From positions 1 through 56,121 of the forward strand of contig JAADVB010000114.1 in assembly GCA_023334545.1 (NCBI GenBank): 56,121 nucleotides of DNA, in the 5' to 3' direction. The DNA comes from Salisapilia sapeloensis CBS 127946. Its lineage: Eukaryota; Protista; Oomycota. The position numbers and the translations under genes were made by a program. The stretch's first letter is position 1. Each line of letters opens with the position of its first letter. The notes beneath the pieces are model-generated. The model was not told the DNA's origin. It did not search any database and saw nothing but the letters and a program-made list of their open reading frames with translations. This document shows positions 24,898 through 35,686 of the stretch, one piece after another.

Positions 24898-25200
24898 GTA
24901 GTTCCGCTCGTTATTGCCACTGGAGTCTGCTCATCTGTCCGTCAGTCGATTCGTACGGTCGCACGAGTCTGGCTTTCGCTTCCTCGTTTGAATCAAATTG
25001 AAGTGGAATCGAAGCCTTGGATCGACGCACAGTATAGCTTCTTATCGATAAACAAGAACTCTCATTTTGGTTGGATAAACCACATTGTCTCGTGTACACT
25101 AGCGTTGTATCTATTTATATCGACTTTGGATCAGCTGCAGAGGAAGAGATCGGCGTCTTATACTTGTCTTCATTTGTCAATTCACACGAAGCGCAGTCGT

Positions 25201-26193
25201 ATGAGCGGATACCAAGGCTTCAAGTCGTTCTCCGTCCAGCCGTGTCCGACGCTCAAGCCTGGCGACAGCTACGTCTATCGAGCCAACAAGTTTGCTGCCA
25301 TGGGCTCGCACATCGTTCTCGCACCGTCCGCAAACCGACTAGGAGATGCTCGTTTCCAGTCAGTAGCTACGCAGGATGGTTCACTCGTCCAGCCATCGCA
25401 TTACCATTCTCCCAAAAAGTACTCTTGTGCTCCTATCGCTAAAGAGTTGGTCTCGAAGCCTTTCATCGCGCAGACCATCCATCAGCAAGATTTTACTTGC
25501 TTGCACACAGATCTGCAAGTGCTTTCCAGCGTTTCGATCGAGAGGATGCAAACGGCATTTGAAGAAGTAGCAGGAGGATCCCAACAGCATACGATCTCCG
25601 CGACACAAATCCCGTTTGTGCTTACGAAGGCAGTGGATGGTCAACAACTTCCATCACTTCGGGAAATTACGCGGCAACTACAAACGATTGCTGGTCCAGA
25701 AGTGGACATCTCATGGACACGTTTTAGAGGTGCATTGGATCAAGTACTACAGAGAAACTGTTTAACGCGGGAGAAAGGTGGTGGATTGAGCAAAGCGGAG
25801 ATTGTGCAGGTCATTCCGACGACAACACCGAGCAGTAGCCACTACATGGACTATGGCCGATACGGGGATCGACCTGGTGAAAGACCATATATGGAAAAGG
25901 GAGGGATGATGTCAACTACGGACGACATACAGAAAGGCACGACCAAGCAGACGCACCAGATCCCAGGTTACTGCGGCTTCCTGCCTCATACAAGTCACAA
26001 CCCGCATGCCGTTGCCCAGGCAGACGGAACTCATCTTCGCACTGCTGCCGTGGATCTTCGACTCTATCACAGTGCTAACATTCCTGGATATCTGGGTCAT
26101 CGGCCAGTTGACTGCGTAAACTACCGAGGCGAGTGTCGAGCTGGAAGCGACAAAACGACAACGGCAGGAGAGAGCTATCGACCTCATAACTAA
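25201..26193 (+). CDS. FAM166/CIMIP2-like ciliary microtubule-inner-protein candidate with an EF-hand-like middle region
   Basis: Two repeats, QIPGYCGFLP and NIPGYLGHRP, typical of PGY-G-P ciliary inner proteins. Likely ATG at 25201. Confidence 0.62.
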   Translation: MSGYQGFKSFSVQPCPTLKPGDSYVYRANKFAAMGSHIVLAPSANRLGDARFQSVATQDGSLVQPSHYHSPKKYSCAPIAKELVSKPFIAQTIHQQDFTCLHTDLQVLSSVSIERMQTAFEEVAGGSQQHTISATQIPFVLTKAVDGQQLPSLREITRQLQTIAGPEVDISWTRFRGALDQVLQRNCLTREKGGGLSKAEIVQVIPTTTPSSSHYMDYGRYGDRPGERPYMEKGGMMSTTDDIQKGTTKQTHQIPGYCGFLPHTSHNPHAVAQADGTHLRTAAVDLRLYHSANIPGYLGHRPVDCVNYRGECRAGSDKTTTAGESYRPHN

Positions 26194-26246
26194 GCGAGGA
26201 ACGCGTACTATTAATTTGATTTGCTAATGAAACCTTTTACTCGATG

Positions 26247-28116
26247 CTATCTATAATCGGATTCGCTTGTGATGGAGTCATCGTGCAGCGGAAGGTTAGC
26301 GCTCGGCGCAAACTCTGTTTCGGGAAGCTTGCTTGCCTCAATGCTCTTCAAAAATGACATCACTGACGTAACATGCGTTGTTGCAACGATTATCCTGCAG
26401 TCATCTAGACACATAGCACAATTAACAAGCGAATGAGCTGTATGAGGTTACTGACGACGTACATTGTCGACCGATCCATCGCAAAGCTGCCAGCTCCATG
26501 TATGAAATGCCTCCAATGAAGCAAACCACCATCGCTTTAGGCCTCTGGAAACTGAACGGACCCGAGTGCGAGTTTTCCAGTGACAGCTCGGTACGTGGTC
26601 CTGGTATCCGACGTACTACATCGTCGAACGGTTTCCAGCTTCCGCTCTTGACAATCGCTTTTACAAGCATGCAGGAGATGGGAGCATATCCTGAGGATAC
26701 AAATGCTGGATTCTCAGGGTCATGAACGTTGACTTCAAGATCAATACAACCGAGCTTCAATGCGACTTGCCGAAAGGTGGAGAGAGGCTCGCCGACTTGA
26801 TACATCTTTCGTTTCAAAGCATTGACAGACAACATTCCCATTCGCTCAAATCGATTTAGGATGGTATATTGGTCTGCGCCATAATTGCTTGCTAAAATTT
26901 GCTTGAGACGAAAGAACTCTTCCGGCCGGAATCCGTCATTGACGGCATTGTACAAACACATTACCCGAAGGATGCTGACGAAGGATTGCCCTGTGCTAAC
27001 TCGTCTTTGCACTTCCTGAATTACATTTACTTCTCCAGCTATGATGGCTCGATCAAGCCACCATTCATCGCGAAGGTCGGACCACTTCTTCGACTCATGC
27101 AGTCGCTCCATCATGTCAGTATGGTGCTCGACATGTTTCTGTCTTTGCTTTAATTGTGGCATCGACTGTACGAATGAATGGATTTCCGAAGTCTCGGCAT
27201 CAGCACTACTACGATTGAACTCAGCAAAAGACTTTTTTAGCTCCTTTGCTTGTGTTTGAAGGATGGTAGGAATAGCGTGAATGTGCTGACTTCGAAGTTG
27301 CTGGTACAACGGGTCATCTTTCTTTCCACTCACGCCTTCTGTATCCAGTCCAAGCTCGCACAGAAGCGCAGCGTAAGTGAGTGGAATGCTCACCGCTGAA
27401 GCAAAGTCTATACTTCGATCAAGCAGTATCAATGTTTCTGGTGCTTCATCGCAGGACGAGTCCTGTATTTCTCCTGAATGGCTTGGTGGACTAGACAGAG
27501 TAGGCATCTCTTCTGACTTTCTCGTCACAAATTCCTGCAAAACTTCCATCGCTAACTCACCTTTGGCTTTGATCCTTTTAAAGGGCGCATAAGCCTGCTC
27601 GAAGAGCACCAGTGCATCAGCAATGTCATGGACATCTGATAGATCATCGTCGATATAGCATGCTGTGAGGCACTTTTCTCGCTCTAATGTTAATAGATCG
27701 TTGTCCAGTGCAAGAAACGTTGGGGGTATGGTCTCCAAGGTAGCATAGTTGTACACATTAAGCTCCATTAGTATTTCTTGAGAACGAGCGAGCCATTGAC
27801 CAATACAAATCATTGTCACATGCATCCCTTTGTGTGCTCTCCAGCGATCAAAGTGAAGTGCCACCTCCTTGACGTCGGTCGAGTTAGGCAAGTGGACGTA
27901 CGTAAACCTGCTATTGTCATCTAAAGCATCGAGTTCTTCATTTAAGTGGTGCAAGTTGAAGGAATCATTCCACGTCGATATCGGTAGAAGCTTCTCGAGT
28001 TTGTTTGACAAGAAGAGCAATTGGCACCCACAGTCTTCTTCCTGCCTAGATAACACATCCTTTACATTCTTTTGCACGAGATACTGCAGCGATGATGCCC
28101 AATCTGTAGATGACAT
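26247..28116 (-). CDS. VPS33: Sec1/Munc18-family protein, Vps33-like, 2 exons
   Basis: Motifs LILLDRSIDFAS..PLTYAALL, FVSSGYAPISC and VVCFIGGISYMELAALR. Intron 26462-26405 adds YDCRIIVATTHVTS with TAG at 26247-26249. Confidence 0.85.
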
Positions 28117-28261
28117 CGATCCAAGTGTCTTTTTAATCTTAAAATGCGTTTCATCTTTATTGTTTATTTAGATTTAAGTTTTCAGTCTACGTTTGATAAA
28201 TGGGTATGATGGATGAGAGCAACACGATTGAAACTCGGGCCTCGTCACCATAGTTCACTTG

Positions 28262-29460
28262 TTATTGCTTTGGCTTGGCGATGCAACTGAGCCGTTTTCT
28301 AGCACAAGTCATCATCGAGGGTGTGGGACGGATATCATCATCTTCAAGAGGGTTATCGACGTACCCTTTTATTTCCAATTCTTCATATGAAGGCTTTGAT
28401 GTTCCTTGGTCCTTTGCAGCTTGGCTTACCATGCTCAGCGGTACTGGTTTGAAGGACACGCTCCGACGGTCGATGATCGTATTGGAGCAGACCTTAGGCA
28501 ACTTGGTGGTCACTTGCCTCGCACAATAAAACCCGCTTGAAAACTCCGATCTATGGACCAATTCGTACGGAGCCTCATACATAAACCCATGGGCAATGTT
28601 GATTGTTACATGTGGCTAGTTCGAATGGCTCGTGGTCGGATCGGCTTTCTCTATAGGTTTAGCGAAATTCATCGATTTCTCCTAGACACCACCTGGTAAG
28701 TAGATAGCTTTCGGTTTGCCATGCTCGCGTATAATTGGCGTGTTTGCCAGCCGTGGTATTAACGACGTTGGAAGCACTATATCGACCTCATCGATATACA
28801 AATTGTCGGACGCATGGCTATTCGTCGAGTTCGTTGAAGTGGTGGATGTCGCCATGACTTTATCCGCCACGCTGTTCGTGATTGATTCATCGCTTGGGTA
28901 ATCTTCGATGTCAATCTTATCTTGATCCTTCTTGCTGCAAGCACCACTAGTAGCGATTGTGAAGTACTTGTCCGTGCATGCTTTGGCACGCTGAGGGAGA
29001 TTGACAGCGCTGGAGAGCAGAGAGAGAGTCGACTTCATTGATGGGATTAAACTTTGGTTGATACCAACAGGATTGATGTTTGGCGACGGAATAAGATCTG
29101 CCTAATTACTAGAGTCCGAATGATGCGCCGAAGTGTCCTCGTTGACTTCAATGACGGTCGAAACCTCCAGATCCACCTCGGTCGATGCATCTTCGGATTT
29201 CCATTCAAAGTAAACGCTTCAGGTCTCTTTCACATCGAGAGCACAGCTACGGAGCACCCTGCTCAAAGCATAGGAAAGTTGGGCGATTGCCCAGATTAGT
29301 ACGGGGACAGCGAAGACTAGGCACGCGAGGTTTCCAGTTACTAGGGAAGAAGAGTTTGCTTCGATATCCTGAGTGTTTGCCGTCAACTTCGTTGAAATGG
29401 CGAATTAAGGCGTCGAGTTTGCGTTTCCCGCCACAAAAAACGGCACGACATGAGATAGAA
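28262..29460 (-). pseudogene. Decayed low-complexity (S/T/D/E-rich) coding sequence, possibly retroelement ORF1-like
   Basis: One frame spans about 29218-28262 (about 319 codons) and is interrupted only by three TAGs. Upstream frameshifted pieces include LGNRPTFLCFEQGAP*LCSRC. The identity is not established. Confidence 0.3.
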
Positions 29461-30297
29461 AGGCAATGGTGTCTTTAGCAGTGGCGTGGTCGCCGAAGAA
29501 GCTGAAAATATAGTTGGTGTTCACGTTTTCATGTACGTAGGCTTCTAGGTTGCCTTGGCGTCAAAATATCAGCATTGTTATCTGTAGACTGCATTTTCGA
29601 CAATGAGAGAGCAAGGTGGAGGTGACCACGGTAAGCTACAAGAGACTCGTACGCCGGCTGAAGATCTTATGCAGCATATATGGGGCACTTGAATAAAGTA
29701 TGTATAGTGTGGTGTTATCCGAGGCAAACGAATTTCAAAAGCCGTTTGTGCGAGACTTGTGTTCGTCAATGGAAAGCAGGGTATCGACCAGCAATTCGGA
29801 TAGCTTAACAGGGGTTTTAGGTTTGTAAACACTCCACTGATGCATCATTCGAAACTCGGAGTTTGATTTGGCTCGTGTATACCTCCAAGCATCTTCAAGG
29901 GTCAAGTAATGGAAATTGGCCTGAGCGTGGTCTCGAATAAAAGCTTTAGTAGAAGCTTCTACTCAGCACATGTAGTTGTGAAAAATGCTTTAACGAGAGT
30001 AATTGTTGGATTCTTCCAACAAATTTCAATAGAAACGAATGGTGTCTTTGGCGCATTCACTGAAGCGACGCTGCATCTCCTAGCTTTCAAAAAAGAAAAC
30101 CGGTGACAGACAATTTTCTCCTCGTACTTAGAAACTGCATCGCATACACTGTCTTACGCTACATCATACTATGTATACTTCCTTATTCGAGTAAGTATTG
30201 GCTACCTACAGTGACGTCCTTCGCTCTTGCTACAGCAATCAAGGCTGACAGTATACGGTGTACCTTGAGCAGTCGTAGACGTACTTGGGCCTTCTAG

Positions 30298-30827
30298 AGG
30301 CGAAGGAATGCCATGCAGACACTCTGGACCAGCCCACTAGACATTCTTGAGCATGCTCTATCCGTATATCCCAAAATTGGAATTTTGAAAAACAAAAGTT
30401 TTGGTGGTCGACTCGAGCTCGCTACGTTGGGTTCATCTGTCCTCGGGCAGGAGAATCCAATTGGGTTCCAAAGAGTTTAATTAAATAAATTCTTTGTTAA
30501 AAAAAGCTCGCTACGTTGGGTTTTGCGTTCGAGGATGTTGTGTTGGCAGCTTGGCTGCTCTGAGGCATACAAAAAGCTAGTCACTCAAACCAACAACGCC
30601 GACTGTAAGGAAAGTGTTGCGAATTCTGGACTCACTAGCTTTTTGTATGATCTCGAACAGTCCGGGGATGAAGCGAACACTGGAGCATGCGGACAACGAG
30701 GTAGCGATCGAGAGTCGATCACCAAAACTTTTGTTTTTCGAATGTCCAATTTTGACATGGATAGATAGAGCGCACTCCAAAGTGTCTAATGGGATGGCCT
30801 AGAGGCTCTACGTGTGATTCCTTGCTT
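30298..30827. mobile_element. MITE-like non-autonomous element with ~130-bp degenerate terminal inverted repeats
   Basis: The left arm caaaattggaattttgaaaaacaaaagttttggtggtcgactc (about 30372-30414) matches the reverse complement of about 30713-30754, and similarity extends outward to about 30298 and 30827. The 17-mer gctcgctacgttgggtt occurs twice (30417, 30507). I found no clear TSD. Confidence 0.7.
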
Positions 30828-32289
30828 CGTGAGAGCTCACTGAAAAACGATCCATCTTTTCAAGCTAGCATTGACTTGAAGTTTGTAGTAGCACACCTCA
30901 AGATTGAACGCGAAAGGTCAGAGCATCGGAAATGGAAGTTCACGAGTAGATTAACGACAGAGCGAGTACGTATAGCAAGCTTTTGACACCCTTGGAGAAA
31001 TACACAGGAGCTAGTTGATGTGATCTACTTCTTAGCGACTTGAGATCGGTCTCGCAATGACCCTCTTCGTTTCGGAGGAGGCCGTGTTGGATGGCCTGAC
31101 CTCGTAAATGGTGATATTTTGATCGTTTGAAGAGCATGATGGTAGGTGAAAGTTTTGGATTTTAATGATTTTAGTGAGCATGATGACGGACGCGTCTAAT
31201 CGAATACATAGGCCAAGAAGCTTTGTTGTTGACGGTTGAAGCTCGTGAACGAAGTTAATCCATTTGTTGACCATTAAATCAACAACCTGCAAATACCTAT
31301 GGCGTCAATCGCTAAGATTTCGTTTAAAAACTTTTCGACGCATATCACGCTGTCGATAGCAGGGCTGTCCATCAGTGTATGCTGATTTGTTTCTGTCAAG
31401 CAAGTATAATTGAAAGGGGTTTTTAAAGCAAGGACTTCTTTAGCCCATTTTTTGACTGGAAACTTGATAGAAATCGGCCTGGCGAGACTGAACATGAGCA
31501 AATCTTTCTTACCTGCTCATCTTGATATATCTGCTCAAAAGCGAGTATCAATTAAAGAGGTGTCTACCGAAGTATATTAATATATAAAAGGATATGCAAG
31601 TACCGTACTTTAACGAATATATCACATAATGAAGGTACTTGCGAACTTTGGATATGACCAGCGCCGCCAAGTTTTCTCAAAGCGCTTGCGAAAGACCAGC
31701 CAAGAATCCTACCTTTAAAACCCCATAGCAGCTTATCTTTAAATCTTACATTGTTTTGAACTCTGGAGACGGAGAGGCTAAAAGTCGGCAAACGCCCTTC
31801 AACGCTACTTTTGTGACGACAAGCTCTACTCATCCCATCGCTATGCAAACGTTTCAACGCTGCCAACGACAAATTCCTTGATCTTGATGTCAAAACAAGT
31901 ATTCAAGAGCAGTTCCGCAAAGCTAAACTACAGTCGCAATACCTTCTCCATCCTTACTTGACTCCACTCTTCCACCACCCCAAGTTTCTACATGACAAGA
32001 TTGCGATTGGGCGCCTGACATCGAGGTTTTTCCAAGTCTAACACCATTTCATGACCCAATAAGAACAATACGGTGCTATCAAATGCATTCAACTCTTATT
32101 ACGACGTTTCTACCTACACCAAAATGACTATACCGTATCCTAGCGCACCCAACATAGCGAATAGCGCCCAGTTCATCCATTGTCCATTCGCGCGCTTTTG
32201 CTTCCTTCAACCCACTTTTCCCGGTTCGTAACGTGGCACACATAACGTCGAAGTTGATGCTTGCACCTTCACTCACCAACCTACCTCCG

Positions 32290-33276
32290 ATGGAAGCGAA
32301 GCGACCGTCCTCGTGCGCTACGTGCGGGTCAACCGGAGCGTTCCTGGAGCTCCCGACGTGCGGACATCGCTTTCACGCCCGATGCATCTTCTCCTGGCCT
32401 ATCGACCACTGTGAAGCGTGCTCCACCAAGGCATCCACCGTCGTGGTCTGCCGGCCTTTTCTAGGCAAACGCAACGCCATGTCGCGCAAAGGCAAGTGGG
32501 GTGCTGATGAACATGCGTACGCGAATCTAATGATGAAGCAGTTCCAACGCGGTGCTCTACCTCTCCCAAATGGCCTCCACCTCCGCACTTTTCTCTCCAA
32601 CCTCTTGCAATGCGACCCGCTCCGTGTGACCAAGAAATACGCTGGGCAAGCCATCGGGAAGCAGAACTTCCAGTTGCAACAAGAACGTGGCTACTGCTTC
32701 AACGTCCACGTGAACCTTCAGAAGAAAATATCGAGACTGCGCAACCACTACTATTGGCACATCCAGTCGCACGAGAAGGACGCCAAGTCGATCAACGAGC
32801 TCAAGGACGCGGAAGCAGACTACTGGATCGCCGAGTTCCTTAAATTCGCGAAAGCTATGAACCAGCCTGTGGATGCACCTGCTGAAGCCTTGGCTGCCGC
32901 GACGAAGAAGAAACGACAGAGGAGACAGGTGCCTGTGCTTCGAACCAAGAGTAGTAAGACGGACACAGACAGTCGCCCGAGCTCAGCGTCATCATCGGAA
33001 GAAGTCGAAAGACCGCCGTGGGAAGTCCACATGTCCCAGAGCCAAGAGAGTTCTTTCGCACCGAGCGCAGCCACCAAACGATCTGTGTCTCCCCTCGGCT
33101 TTGACGAGTGGGACGACCCGACGCTGAGCATCGTCCAGACACTGGAGAACCTGCGCGCAACCATCCAGTTCTCGCAAGAAGAGACACCGACGGTCGTGGC
33201 GAGTCAACCGGACTCGATGGAAGAGCTCGGGACATCCATCGACACGTTTACTCCTCCGGAAGTCGCACAACCGTAA
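32290..33276 (+). CDS. RING-finger protein with a stramenopile-type RKGKW...CDPxRxxKK domain
   Basis: CATC..LPTCGHRFHARCIFSW..CEAC RING, followed by RKGKWGADEHAYANLMMKQFQRGALPL..LRTFLSNLLQCDPLRVTKKYAG, a Myb-like domain I recall from oomycete and diatom proteins. Confidence 0.8.
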   Translation: MEAKRPSSCATCGSTGAFLELPTCGHRFHARCIFSWPIDHCEACSTKASTVVVCRPFLGKRNAMSRKGKWGADEHAYANLMMKQFQRGALPLPNGLHLRTFLSNLLQCDPLRVTKKYAGQAIGKQNFQLQQERGYCFNVHVNLQKKISRLRNHYYWHIQSHEKDAKSINELKDAEADYWIAEFLKFAKAMNQPVDAPAEALAAATKKKRQRRQVPVLRTKSSKTDTDSRPSSASSSEEVERPPWEVHMSQSQESSFAPSAATKRSVSPLGFDEWDDPTLSIVQTLENLRATIQFSQEETPTVVASQPDSMEELGTSIDTFTPPEVAQP

Positions 33277-33298
33277 TTTAAAAACGAAAAAAGCTCTT

Positions 33299-35686
33299 TT
33301 ATTCCTCCACGCGGGGTTTCTTTTCCCCCTCGTTGTCCTCGTCCAACGGCCGCTTGTCCCCCGCATGCATCTTGGCCATATCCGTCCGCTCCTTCTTCCG
33401 TCGATTCGCAAACCACGTCTTGATCTGCTGCTTGGTGATCGCACGCTGGTCGCCAGCCTTCTCGGGATCGTTGAGCGCCAGTTGCAGTTCCCCCATCCGC
33501 TGGACACTCGGCCTCGGGTTCTTCTCGTACTCATCCAGCACGACCGCGAGCTGCTTGACATTAAAGATGCGTCCGCCTTTACCCCACGTATCCTTCTCCT
33601 CTTCCTTGGGCAGCACACTCTTCTCCCGCATCGACAGACTCTTGTCTTCCTCGGACTCTTCCGACTCGACCATGGCTTCCTCTGGCACATCTGCTTGTGC
33701 GAGAGCCTGCGGAGGTGCATTCGCCGCACGACGCTTGTAGAACCAACAGCGGATCTGCTTGTAGTCGATCTGGCGCTGCGCCTGATCACCGTTCGGATCG
33801 TCCTCTCCGATCGCACTCAACTTCTTCGCGAGACGCTCGAGACGTTTCTTATCTGGCAATTCGTCCTTCCGAAACGCTCGTTCGAGCTGCACGAGCTGTG
33901 GGAGGGAGAACTTGACACGCGCTCGTCGACTTTCGGGCGACAGCGCTGGAGAGTCCGGTCGACTCATCAGATCGGAGCTCTCTTCGATCTCATGCAGCTC
34001 TTCCAGCAACTTGTTCGACTCTCGCTGGAGCTCTGGGTCATCGAGGTACATGCGCTGGATGGTCTCGATCTGCGGCACGAGTCTCGATTCGCTCACGACG
34101 TCCTTGGTCATGACAGCGGAGCTCAGGAGCTCGATGAAGTCCGTCAACTGGTCACTCGGCGCCTCTTCCTCTAAGAGGTTCTGCATCTGGTCCTGGATCA
34201 TGTCCATCTCGTCTTTCGTCAGCGGCTTCGTCGGACTCGGACGCGTGCCGTTGAAAGGCGAGTAGAGACGCTTGCGTGCACTGTCGATCGCCTGCTGCTT
34301 CTTCTGCTTAACCTCTTCCTCTGTCAAATTCGCTTCTTTCGCGTCATGCACAGCCTTCCGGACGGACGCCACAAAGTCGATGCGAATGCGCTTTTTCTGC
34401 TCCTTCTTGCTTGGAGGAGGAAGCTCCGCCTCATCCGTCGTCACTTTATGCGAAGACGTCGCGTACGAACCAGGATGCGACACCGTCGTCTGGTTGACGC
34501 CTGGCAGCGGGCGGTCTCCTCCAGACGACAGGAGGAGCGAGTCCGCTTCGTCCACGATCTGCTCCGGCCCATACCCCTTCTCTCTCAGCTCCGCCACACG
34601 TGCCTCGAGCACCTCCTTGGCCTCGTCGATATACGCCGTCTTCATCCGCTTGACACTATCGGCGTCCATCTCTTTCGTCGCGACGTTCTTCATCTTGACG
34701 CGCATATAGTCCAGTCGCTCTTTCGCTCGGCGGTTGTCGAACCAGATGCGGATCTGCTTGACGCTGATTCCGTCCGGCTGGAGCTCCCGATCGGCGTACT
34801 CGGGGCTGTTGATCATCCTGTACATGGCCTGTATCTCCTTCATCCCGGGGCGACTGCTCTTCTGATACCACTCCTCGAGTTTTTCGATCTGCCGACTCGA
34901 GTAGAGGCGACTGGCGCCTCCTTTCGGCTTGCTACTCACTTCGCTCTTGACCTCCTCCTCCTTGAGGATCGGCTGCGACTGCGTGAGCATATCGACCTCG
35001 AACTGCATCCCGAAGACCTGTAGCTGTTGCGTCATCTCGTACAGATGATGTAGCCCATCCACCGGCTGCGCTGCCTCTTGCTGCAGCTTCTGGATGACGC
35101 CTTGCATCTCACTCGTTAGTTCCAATATACTGCTGTTCATCTGTTTGCCGCCATGCGCCGCAAGCTCCGTGAGGCGCGTGACCTCGGCTTCGAGGACGCC
35201 GGCGTCCGTGGTGCTCGCAGGTCGACTCTTGACCTTTGTTTTCTTCTTCTTCTCGTCTGGAGACGCCCTGTGCTTGGGCTCGCAGTCGTAGCAGACCCAC
35301 TGCCGGCTCTGCGGGATCGTGATCTTCGGATACTGGCTACGGAGACACTGGACGTGGTACATGTCCTTGCAATGGACACACAAGACGGCTTTGCCGCCGT
35401 TGCGCGGCTCTTGGCAGATACGACACTCCTTCCGCTCGCCCTTGCGGCGACGAGCGGCGATGATGTCGCTCACGCTCGAGCCGTTGCCCGACTTGAGCGG
35501 CAGCACTTTGTCGTCGGCCGACGACGCCGGCTTGGCCTCGTCGTCTGTGGTCACTCGAGACGGCGTGGATGCCGAGTCCGAATCGCTATCTTCCGACTTG
35601 ACGTCCGACTCGGAAACGTCATCTTCTTCGCTCTCGGACGCCGCCGCGGCTCCTTTGTAGACTAGTAGAGCCTTCTTATCCTCCAT
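33299..35686 (-). CDS. PHD finger + three atypical homeodomains, intronless
   Basis: 795-aa ORF with CRIC..CVHC..YHVQCL..WVCYDC (PHD) and three helix-3 motifs: QIRIWFDNRRAKER, QIRCWFYKRRA and QIKTWFANRRKKER. Confidence 0.88.
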   Translation of the reverse strand: MEDKKALLVYKGAAAASESEEDDVSESDVKSEDSDSDSASTPSRVTTDDEAKPASSADDKVLPLKSGNGSSVSDIIAARRRKGERKECRICQEPRNGGKAVLCVHCKDMYHVQCLRSQYPKITIPQSRQWVCYDCEPKHRASPDEKKKKTKVKSRPASTTDAGVLEAEVTRLTELAAHGGKQMNSSILELTSEMQGVIQKLQQEAAQPVDGLHHLYEMTQQLQVFGMQFEVDMLTQSQPILKEEEVKSEVSSKPKGGASRLYSSRQIEKLEEWYQKSSRPGMKEIQAMYRMINSPEYADRELQPDGISVKQIRIWFDNRRAKERLDYMRVKMKNVATKEMDADSVKRMKTAYIDEAKEVLEARVAELREKGYGPEQIVDEADSLLLSSGGDRPLPGVNQTTVSHPGSYATSSHKVTTDEAELPPPSKKEQKKRIRIDFVASVRKAVHDAKEANLTEEEVKQKKQQAIDSARKRLYSPFNGTRPSPTKPLTKDEMDMIQDQMQNLLEEEAPSDQLTDFIELLSSAVMTKDVVSESRLVPQIETIQRMYLDDPELQRESNKLLEELHEIEESSDLMSRPDSPALSPESRRARVKFSLPQLVQLERAFRKDELPDKKRLERLAKKLSAIGEDDPNGDQAQRQIDYKQIRCWFYKRRAANAPPQALAQADVPEEAMVESEESEEDKSLSMREKSVLPKEEEKDTWGKGGRIFNVKQLAVVLDEYEKNPRPSVQRMGELQLALNDPEKAGDQRAITKQQIKTWFANRRKKERTDMAKMHAGDKRPLDEDNEGEKKPRVEE

